From contig NC_058373.1 of assembly GCF_018350175.1 (NCBI RefSeq), positions 113,896,001-113,960,000 on the forward strand: a stretch of 64,000 nucleotides of DNA. Direction: 5' to 3'. Shown here one piece after another: positions 48,826-58,761 of this stretch (position 1 is its first letter; every line of letters starts with the position of its first letter). Both the position numbers and the translations under genes were made by a program. The notes beneath the pieces are model-generated. The model made no database searches. It had not been told where the DNA came from and saw nothing but the letters and a program-made list of their open reading frames with translations. Source of the stretch: Felis catus. Taxonomy: Eukaryota.

Positions 48826-51289
48826 GAAATGTATGACATTTTTCATAGCAGCCTGCTACATTTAAAGCCATTCATTATACATTTTTTTTTTTGACATCTA
48901 TTATGGACCCAACACTTTTTAGGTATAGAGAGGTTAGGAGTATTTTCCAAAATTGCACAGCAGGCTAGCGACACAGCCAGAAATAAAAGGCAGGCTGCCT
49001 GACTCCCACAACAGTGTTTTCTTCAAGTCAAATTGAAGTTTGGTCCTTTTGCCACAAATATTTTGAAAGGAAAATCCCCCACAGCCTTTCAGATTTTCCC
49101 AGAAAACAGTTGTCATGCAGACCTTCAAGCAGGCTGGAATACTAAAACCTTATCAGTTCTTTATTCTAGAACTGACAGTTGATATTTATTTTCTGGGCTG
49201 AAGCTAAAGAAAAAATGATTATTTTTTCATAGTGGAATGATTGCTAATTTCCCAGAGCTTGGCAAAATTAAGCCAGGGAATAGTAAAAACAGATCTGTGA
49301 TGTTCAAACTACAATGGTATTTGGTCTGACTTTTCCTCACAACAAATACGGGGTATCTCTTTTCAATGCTGGAAGCGACAGGAAGGAGTTGGGATGGGGA
49401 GCTGTCAGGGAAGAAGCATGAGTCTGTGAGTGTGGGCCTCTAGGCGTGCCCTTGTGGGCGCTTACCCTGTCCCTGCACTGCACCCAGAGCTCCCCACCAC
49501 CCCTCCTGTCCTCCCCCACTTTCCTACCCCCACCCCATTTCCCTCTCACTCCCTGCTTCTAGGCAGCAGATGGGTCGGGGCAGACACTGTCATGGTTGGG
49601 AAGCAAGAGGAGAGTTTGGTGAAAACCACTCCAGGGCCTTTCTCTCAAGCCTTGGTGATGAAAGGACTCAATGAACCTTAACAATTTCTCACAGGAAAAT
49701 TCCGGCCTCTGTCTTCTTAAAAGCAGGACATTCAGCGACCCTTAAACAGAGCCAGGATTAAAACCCAGAATTTTTCTGACTTATCCAAGACCTATAGTTT
49801 AGGTAGAAAGGCTCGAGCACTGTCCTATCTGGCAATTAGGATCATTTTAGATACCAAAAATAACAGTTTAAGAAAGTGTATCTTGGGCAGATAGACCATT
49901 TTCAATGCAAACAGAAGAAAAACTTAAACCATGCCTTCAGAACCTCTGAAAAGCAGAGCTCTGTCATTTTGAGAGTGCTAGGTTTGGCGACAGGTAGGCA
50001 GTTTGTGAGCACAGCCGGCCCACGGCCTCTGTCTCTGTTGCTTGGATGATGCCCTTTCTCTGGCTGGCCAGGGTATCTGGTGCACTGCCTATTTGCCTAG
50101 ACAAACAGGAATATCAGGACAATCACTGCACCTAGCCCCACAGGCCCAATTAAAGTGATTTTGAAACTTGTCTGAATCTCCGTGTTAGATTGTAGCAGGT
50201 TTCTGCCAGAGAGTGGGTGGGAGGAAGAAGTGGGTGTTTTTATGGGCATAGAAATGCCCCAGAGGTGCCTCATGATTCCTCCAGACCAGCCTCCCCCTTA
50301 AACTCCTGCACACAGACCTGGGTTTCATGAAGAGCTTTAGATTCCAGGCCTTCTGTGGGCCTCGGAAATGACAGCCACATGCATCTGGGGCCACTGAAAA
50401 TCATGAAGAAGAGAGGCAGAATTCCGCTCAGATCACCTCAAATGCTTGACACTTTGGTAGAAGCTGGAGTTATTTACCTACTTCACTTGGGGTTATTTCA
50501 TAGCATTCGAATCCAAAAGGACTCTTGTCACAAGATTGGGCTTGTTACAGTGTAGGACTGATAATCTTGTAATTTCTGGACACTAAAAATAATGAACAAA
50601 GGGACCTAAGGTCTGGAGAAGTCACCTGTCCTCGGGTCTGAGCTGAGCGTTCTCTCTCCTGTCCTCTGCGCTGCTGCCTTAGGAGGGAGAGTGGCAGGAG
50701 GCCTGCGCACCCCTCTTATCTATGCTATTGATCTCAGGCAGGTGACTCTAGTTCGCCTTGTAGAAAGTGGGGATTACAAATTTTGCCTCTCACCTGCCCC
50801 CACAGAAAGTTGAATGAGGGCATGTGCCATATACTTAGCTCTTTAAAAAAATCTGACTTGTAAATACTGAGTTATTGTTTTGTTGAAAATGAGCCTTTCT
50901 TCTGCTATTCTATCCCCAACTGACCATAAATCCATTTTTCGTCACCTTCCAAGAGTCAAATAAAAGGAGCTTCTTTTGGCCTTTGGATCTGACAGTTCTT
51001 CATGCTGATTTTTCCAGGGCTGTCTTATTTTCTCTTCTGTCCCCCATTTTCCAGTACTCACCATGGGCTAGAATATACTAAATGGCTACTCCTGGAGTCC
51101 CCAGCAGAAATACTTCTAATAGTTCACTGTCAGGTGGATCAGACTAGACACACAGTGGCCCCTAAGGTAGAATGTATTCTGGACCAGGAGCAGGGGGTGT
51201 GAGGAGGGTGTAAGGATGAAATGAAACATTAAAAATATAAATAAAAAGGAAGGTACCAGTTATTAAAAGATAACTAAAGACAGTCATGA

Positions 51290-51490
51290 GGACTAACATT
51301 TAACCATTTACCTTTGGTCAGGCACTAATGCTGGGGACCTTATATGCATTATCCAGTGTAATGAAACCCTGTGAGTTCAGAATTATCATACCAGAGAGGT
51401 TATGAGACTTGTCCAATGTCATACGGCTAATAAGTGGTAGAACCCAGGGTCTGAACTCCGGTCTGACTCTCAAGTGCTAACCCTACTACT
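51290..51490 (-). mobile_element. MIR
   Basis: CAGAGAGGTTATGAGACTTGTCCAATGTCATACGGCTAATAAGTGGTAGAACCCAGGGTCTGAACTCCGGTCTGACTC. Confidence 0.75.
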
Positions 51491-52694
51491 GTGCAAACTG
51501 CAGCCACACAAATATAGTACCAAGCATCAGAAGCCCGAAGCTTTCCAATAGAGCAAAGCAGCAGGAAAGCCCTTCTGAAGTGTCAGAACAAATTTTCAGA
51601 AACCAGATAGTGTTAAGACTCTGTTTATAAACTGTAGTAGTATTTTATGAGTTATTTTAAGAGTGTAGTTTTCAAGTCTCCAGATTGCCTCAGAGGACAA
51701 CATGTCTATAGGCTTCTGCCCAAGTCGTGATTATTTGTAATTGATGCTATTTGAAAATGTTTCCATTCTATCATTTTACTGAACACGGGTTTAGAAAACC
51801 ACAACAATTTAGTAAGATGGTGTGATTAGCAAACCCCTGAGTTTGGTTGCTATGTATCCTTTCAGTGATTTTGCTTTCTGATGCACAATTTAAAAAAAAA
51901 AAAGAGGATTATTAGCAAAACCCCCTAGGAGCTGATTCTCTTGCCATTGGAGAGTGAAATGTTTTCTCTTCCATCTAGTCTTCCACTGGGAGTGTAAATT
52001 GGAGTGAGTGCCTTCTGAGGGACGTCTGCACTTTGGTTTTTGGTTCCGCAGAATAGAACTTAATAGTTGGGTATAACAAAACCATCATCTCAGGACAAGT
52101 TTCCATTATAGTGGAATGGTAATGAAATTGAGGGGAAAAATGAACTGAATATTTTGGTAAATGGCTTGTCTTTTAACTTACAAGTTTCTAGAGAAGACAT
52201 ATGGTGCCTTTACCTCTTTATTTTCTCCTGTGTATATGGTAACCTGCCTTGGAAGGTAAGTATTCAATATATATATTTTTTCATATTACTATTGCCATAT
52301 CATTAGAGTTATTTCATTTTCACCAAGCCATCTTATAGAAGAATCCTCTAAAAAAGTAGAGCTTACCTATTTTGATCTCTCAGAAGCTTCACATTTTAAA
52401 AAACTAAGGCAGACAGATAACAGTGTTTTGCTCATTGGTAAATAAAACACATGGTATTTTCAGTATCTTATTGACCTGCCTTTAAATAACTGTTATTTTT
52501 CTTACTGGTATTTTAACATAAATTCTTAGCAGTTGAATAAAACTTAAGAAGGACTAAGGATTGGTAGAAATGATCAAGTACTGAAGTATATCCTAATGTA
52601 GAAAAATTGTAATTCAGTGTTCTCACATTAGATCCAGTCGTCTGAAGCACGTGGCATTTACTAACTTATTAACCTATATATGGTAACAATATAT

Positions 52695-52905
52695 GGCTTC
52701 CATTTATTGAATATTTACTATGTGCCGGACATTATGTTAGGTACCTCACATTGATTATCTCACTTAATTCTGGTAAAAATTCTATAAGATAGGTGTGATT
52801 TTTACCTATGAATAAATGAAGCTCAAAAGTTTAAGTAACTTTCCCAAGGTGCACAGTGTCAGAGTCAGAATTTGAACCCAGTTTTATTAAACTCCAGAGC
52901 ATATG
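52695..52905 (-). mobile_element. MIR
   Basis: ATTTATTGAATATTTACTATGTGCC...TTAAGTAACTTTCCCAAGGT...GAATTTGAACCCAG. Confidence 0.78.
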
Positions 52906-54276
52906 CCTTATATTATAAAGAGAGAAATGGACTTCATTTTTATTCATACTCCTAAAAATGAACATTTGTTCTTGAAAGAGCAGGCTGTGATTTGACTGTA
53001 TAAAGCCATTGTAATTGAAGGCATATAGTATGTGATTCTCACCAGTCCAGATGAAAAGAGGCAATACAGAAGAATATGAAGGCAAGGTTAGCAAATACTC
53101 AGCAGAAGGCTGCACTGTCTGATCATCGCTACAGCATAGCTAGAGACCCACAAGCCTAGCTGACACAACAAAGACCTTGGAAAGGTCGTCTTTGCTAATA
53201 GAGTACTTCGTTTCTTTGCCTGACCTTGCCATCATGCTCCACCTCTCAGCCCTCAATTAAACTGCCATTGGTATAGGATTTATAATGTGGCCCTGGTTCG
53301 TTCAAGAGACAGTGACAGAGGTGTGGCTGAGAAGCTGGACAATAAAGAATAGAGACAGTTTCCATTTCTGTTCAAATTAGGGTGGCAGCAAAATCATAGC
53401 TGACCCTCGGGACAGACCAAGACAGTCCAACGAGATGCTTATTCCAGATACTAAATGCCTAGTACCCTTTTCAGAAGGGAGGTTTCCTCTGAGTGACCAA
53501 GATGCTCACAGTGTTTACGCATCATGGGAACAAAATCTTGAGAAATGATTGTGGCGTGAGTCATGTTGTAATGTTCCAGGAGAGAATCTGTAGTGTATTC
53601 TTCCTTCAGGGTTCTAAACAATATAGTAAACTTTCTAAGTGAAGATTTTTCAGGAAAAGAATGGTTTCTTGGCTGAATCAAGTGCCACTGTGTGGCAGTG
53701 GATCATATGGATTTGAAATGTCATGAGCCTTATTTTGCATAGGTAGGATTATATTAATTTGTGTTTTAAATACATAGCGAGATTGGAAGTTTTTTGTTGG
53801 CGTTCAACGAATTTAAAAGAACAGTGTTGTTCCTTTACAGATGAATCTTATTACAGTTTCACAAATTTGGAACTAAAACTCTGACCTTGAGTTAATAAGG
53901 AAGACGCTGTAGGCATTCAAATTTTAAATTACCGCTTTTATTTTGCACTAGCAGTGTCTTGGGTTGTGGATATAATCCTAAAAATTGAAGTTTGACAAAA
54001 TGTGTTCCTATGCATCTTAATTCTCTCTGGGTAGAATTCTGTTACTTAGCTAATATGACAGCACCTCTCAGTCCCAATTTACTCAGCATTGAGAAAGAAT
54101 TGATTGGTGGTTTAAGCTCTAAAAGAAGCGTGTTTCCCGTTTTCTGTGTTTTCAGTGACCTATAGGTTTTGCTAGATATTCTGGCCTAAAGATAAAACTG
54201 ATGAAAGTCGGAGCTGGGGTTTTCCTACCTGTGTGCTTATCAGTCCTCCCCTGAACCACAGTCTGTCTTTTGAGAG

Positions 54277-54339
54277 CTCTAATAATTAATTTGCTCTCTT
54301 TCTTCTCTCTTCCCCCACCTTCTCCCTGTCTGTTCACAG
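54277..54339 (+). promoter_or_regulatory. 3' splice-site region of the RAD51B exon: candidate branch points, long CU-rich tract, CAG
   Basis: CTCTAAT (54277-54283) and TTAAT (54286-54290), followed by ~45 nt of nearly pure pyrimidines. No AG occurs between 54277 and 54337. Confidence 0.8.
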
Positions 54340-54436
54340 GTTATCTTGACGAATCAAATTACAACGCATCTAAGTGGAGCCCTAGCTTCCCAGGCAGACC
54401 TGGTGTCTCCAGCTGATGATTTGTCCCTGTCTGAAG
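54340..54436 (+). CDS. RAD51B: Internal coding exon of RAD51 paralog B (corresponds to human exon 8), 97 bp, phase 0 to phase 1
   Basis: A long polypyrimidine tract and CAG acceptor end at 54339, and an AAG|GTAAGG donor starts at 54437. The translation VILTNQITTHLSGALASQADLVSPADDLSLSE-G matches the remembered RAD51B sequence following ...EEFSIP (RecA-fold 'TNQ' motif). Confidence 0.96.
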
Positions 54437-55310
54437 GTAAGGGATCTGTCCTAGAGGGGCTGAAATCTGACACTGACGTACAGTCCCACGGCCTCTCCTC
54501 TCTGCCCCATGTTGCGCGGGGAGATTGGGCTAACAGGCCCTGACCAGTGAACCCAGCCAGAGCCTGGAGGTTTAGCTTAGCCAACTTTCCTGGCATCCAA
54601 TCCCTTCTATTTGGAGAGTCTCTTGCCCTGTCTCCAGAGGCAAGCTCCCCTTTTCATCTGAGTGAAGCACCCTCATAGACATCCATCACCTCTACCTTGA
54701 GCCTTGTCACAGCTCCGTAGGTTGCTTTGGGTCCTTAGTACGAGGGCTGGCAAACTGCTGAGTGGCTTGGTTCTTGAGATTGATGCTCACAGGTTGGCTT
54801 TCCTGGTGGTCCCATGGCAATGTAGCCTTTTGCTGGTGCTGGGTGCTTTGGGACTGGCTGAAAGTGTATACCGGCATCATGTGCTGGAGATGGGGCATTC
54901 CCAACCAGCTTCACAGAAAGATTAAGAAAAACTCTCCACGTCGGTAAATCTGCAAACTTTTCTCCACCCTCCCATGCTAGCAAAGGTCAGGCTGGCTATG
55001 GTTTACGTAGCAAGGGGAATTACACCACTGAGCCAGTGGGTGGTTTCTAGTTTTATTGAAAGTTCTTATGTGACATTTCGGAGCTCTGCTGGTTGTGGGC
55101 TGGATAAATGTGCATTAGCTGTGACAGATCCCTCTGCGCTTCCATTTTCTGCGAAGTCTTCATGAGGGAGCAGATGGGACTTGCAGGCCTGGTGAGGCTC
55201 CTGACTGCCAGGTAGTCTTGCATGGATTGGCCGCAGTTTACCATCTCGAGAATTGGGAAGGACCACAGCCCTTGCTTCTCGGTGTTTTTCAGAGTGAAAA
55301 CTAATTACTT

Positions 55311-55518
55311 GGGGGCAGCTGGGTGGCTCAGTCAGTTAAGCGTCTGACTCTTGATCTCGGCTCAGGTCATGATATCATGGTTCATGAGATCAAGCTCCGA
55401 GTGGGGCTCGTCTGTGAGGAGCCTGCTTGGGATTCTCTGTCTTACTCTCTCTCTCTCTCCCTCCCTCCACTCACACACACACTCTCTCAAAATAAATAAA
55501 TAAACATTAAAAAAACCC
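55311..55518 (+). mobile_element. SINEC
   Basis: TSD CTAATTACTT at 55301-55310 and 55519-55528. The tail contains overlapping AATAAA hexamers. Confidence 0.94.
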
Positions 55519-55716
55519 CTAATTACTTATTTTTTAAAGTTGTAAAATGCCCTGCATCCCCTATTTCCACATTCAGTGATGTTTCATCTCTTCCCCATCA
55601 CCTGGACCGAAAACCCGAATCGTTTACTCTTCTTCCCTCCCTGCACTCCTGTCATCCAGTCTTCTTGGCTCTTCTTTCCAGATAATATTTTTTCCTCTGT
55701 CCCCTGTTCTTTGTAA

Positions 55717-55847
55717 ATTTTTTAAAAAATGTTTATGGATAGTATACATTTTTTTTTAAGTAGGCTCCATGCCCAGGGTGGGGCTTGAACTCATGACCCT
55801 GAGATCAAGAGTTGCATGCTCTACTGACTGAGCCAGCCAGGCATCTC
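55717..55847 (-). mobile_element. Short old tRNA-derived carnivore SINE (SINEC_old-like)
   Basis: GGGGCTTGAACTCATGACCCTGAGATCAAGAGTTGCATGCTCTACTGACTGAGCCAGCCAGG. TSD TTCTTTGTAA at 55707-55716 and 55848-55857. Confidence 0.88.
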
Positions 55848-56623
55848 TTCTTTGTAATTTGTATTGTGATCAGCTGACTTATTAAACTCACAGTTAGATT
55901 ATTTGTATAGACCCCAAAACGGCCTCCCAACTCCAGCCTCGCTGCCATTTCCATTCTGCCACCACCAAATTAAACTCTCCGAATCTGGCTTCCTTTTAAT
56001 GTGTCACTTTCCTACTCAGAAATCTTGGAGTTGTTTTAGCTCATTTCCTGAGAATGGGCTTAAATCAAGAAGTCACTTTTAAAATATTCAGGAATTTGTG
56101 GTTTGTTAGCTTGAAATCAGCCAGGGTGGAAGGATTTACACCATGGGAATCAGCACATGCTAAAAATCAGGATTTTTTTGCTTTTCTTCTCTTTTGTGTG
56201 GATCAGTTTCCAAAATACCACTAGAGACAGTTAATGCTTCCTTACCCCTCACAGTCTGCCCTTTTCTTCCTGTTCCCCTTGGTTCTTGCCAGTGTCCTGG
56301 GTGAACTCCTATGCCAACCATGTTGACTTTCTGCCCACCACTCCCCACTCCTGTCTCCATGCCACTGCAGAGACAGCATGTTCCGTCTAGAATAGCATTT
56401 CCCTTTTTCACTTCTACTGCTTCCTTTCTTCCCAAATTCCCTGACCCCTTCAAGATTTATTTAAAGGCCACCACTTTCACAAAATCCCCTTGTTTGTTCC
56501 AGTCTGCACTGGTCTCACTCCTTCTTCCTCCTCTGTGACCCTTCTACCTGTTCTGCTTTCTAAAGAAAAGGTCTAGGAAAACTAATTTAACTTTTCATGT
56601 TTTCCTGACTAGATTGGAAGATT

Positions 56624-56858
56624 AAAAAAAAAAAAGACTTTTTTTTAATGTTTAGTTTTGAGAGAGAGAGAGAGAGAGAGAGAGACCCAGCACAGAGCAG
56701 GGGAGGGGCAGAGAGAGAAGGAGATAGAGAATCCGAAGCAGGTTCCAGGCTCCGAGCTGTCAGCACAGAGCCCGACACGGGGCTCAAACCCACTAACTGT
56801 GATCTCATGACCTGAGCTGAAGTCTGATGCTCAACTGATTGAACCACCCAGGTGCCCC
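56624..56858 (-). mobile_element. SINEC
   Basis: Perfect TSD TAGATTGGAAGATT at 56610-56623 and 56859-56872. Confidence 0.96.
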
Positions 56859-57051
56859 TAGATTGGAAGATTTTTTTAAGGGCACCGGCTATCTTGTATT
56901 CTTTTTGCATCTATGGTTGTGCCTAAGTGACTAGAAAAGTTCTAGGCTTATAGTAGGCAATAAATAAATGCTGAATGGATACCAAAGTAAATACTTTGTA
57001 AACAGTAACCATGAGACTCACACAAAGTACCTGATTAAAAATTGTGATTTA

Positions 57052-57054
<3 letters not shown>

Positions 57055-57095
<41 letters not shown>
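57055..57095. repeat. (CA)n microsatellite
   Basis: About 20 perfect units. Confidence 0.97.
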
Positions 57096-57097
<2 letters not shown>

Positions 57098-57160
57098 ATT
57101 TAATCAGCCTTGAGGAGGAAAAAAATTTTTGTTTCCTTATTTAAAAACCAGCAGTGGGAT

Positions 57161-57345
57161 GGGGGGGGTGGCTAGGTGGCTCTGTCAGTTAAGTGTTGGA
57201 CTCTTGATTTTGGCTCAGGTTGTGATCTCACAGTTCATGAGTTTGAGCCCCATTTCAGGCTCCATACTGATGGTGCAGAGTAGGCTTGGGATTCTCTCTC
57301 TCTCTCTCTTTCTCTCTCTCAAAAGAAATAAACTTAAAAAAAAAC
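57161..57345 (+). mobile_element. SINEC (diverged, shortened CT region)
   Basis: GGTGGCTCTGTCAGTTAAGTG...GGCTCAGGTTGTGATCTC...TTGGGATTCTCTCTC, followed by an A tail. Confidence 0.88.
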
Positions 57346-58742
57346 AATAAGTAATAGTACTTTGCTTTGTCTTAGCTTTCTTATCTTAAGCAAAGAAGAG
57401 GAACAAAACAGATACAAAGGAAATTGTTTTGGGGCTCCGGTGTAACTGCTTCCAGAAAATGGTAAAGGTGTGTTCAGGGCAAGGGGAGACTTACCCGCTC
57501 ATCCTTTGACAACTTTTTAAAATTATGAAATCCTAGGGGCAATAGAAATAATTGATTTTTCTAGAGCTTTCCTTTGTATAGCTGAGCAGGTAAAGAGGCT
57601 ATAGAAATATTTTTTCCTGAAGTCTATAATGAAGTTCCTTACCAGTAAACTAAAATGGACAATTTTCCTAGAACATTTTCCAGAACATTTATACCTACCT
57701 ATTCAAATACATTGCAATGGTTGTTAATGCCACTATGATTAATAGGTATAAATTATTTTGTTGTCTCCAGCATCCCGTGTATCAGCTTTGACATTGTGTT
57801 ATTAGCTCTGTGATCTTGGGCAGGTCTTTTGATAACTTGGGTTTTTTTCTATTAAAGGACAGGCTGGATAAATACAACATTGCTGAAGTCTTTTCTAGCT
57901 CTACCGTTGTGAGATCATGATGTGGGTCTGAAGATCAGGAGTATTCACTTGTTGATGGGGTTTTAAAATTCTGATTTATGGTGTGGGAAGAATGGCCTTG
58001 TATTTTCCTAGATTAAGCATAATAGAAAGGATCTTCAGGAATCTTAGCATTGATACTTTGGCATACTTGTAAGAGCCTCCTCTCCCCACATTGCTCTCTC
58101 CTGACTCTAAACAATTCCTGTCTTGTCTGTCTCTTGCCCTCTCTGCCTCTCCCCCACACAGACCTATACACAAGAAGATGTGTGTGCAAACTTGTGAGAG
58201 CGAGAAACACACCGATGGGGTGAGCTCAGGGTCCACCCTGCCCTGTAATAGATTTCAGCTGCAGAGCAGAGGGCACGGCTTAAACAGTGCTCCCTTGAAA
58301 ACGGTTGTAGGGTGAGAACAAGCGGCCAAGAGCAGCCAGCGATAAAATGATCTGAGTTGACCTAAGGGAAATACCCAGCAGGGGCCAATTCAGGGAAATG
58401 AAGTCCCTTCTGCTCTGATGCAGGGCAGGGAATGAATATAAGTGACCTGGCCCAACTGAGAGATCTCTTCCACCCCAGCGGATTCTGTACTATTAATATC
58501 TGCCAGCTGCAGGCCCAGAGCATCCCCCTGCTGAGATCAAAAGAGCCCCTATCTTAGCTGGAACAAGGTCATCTTCACAGAGCTGTAAAAGCAAGCCCTG
58601 ACTGGCTGCAAGGACCTCTATGGGGGAGGAGAAGTCAGGAGATGGGGAGGTGCTCTCTCACGCTCCTTTAATCTCAGCTGACCAGCTGTTGCCCTCCCAG
58701 TGTTTGTAAAGTTGAGAGTTCTTTGTTTTTGTGTTGCTAGTT

Positions 58743-58761
58743 TCCCCCCCCCCCCCCCCCC
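58743..58761. repeat. poly(C) homopolymer (19 nt)
   Basis: Directly visible in the sequence. Confidence 0.95.

Larger units (their letters stand above)
1..54339 (+). other. RAD51B: 3' portion of the very long RAD51B intron upstream of this exon (human intron 7 equivalent)
   Basis: No other RAD51B-like coding segment was found upstream. The sequence is repeat-rich and non-coding and ends in a canonical 3' splice site. Confidence 0.85.

Noticed and set aside
54354..54596. 80-aa antisense ORF overlapping the RAD51B exon
   Set aside because: Explained as the shadow of a coding exon plus GC-rich flank, with no independent evidence.
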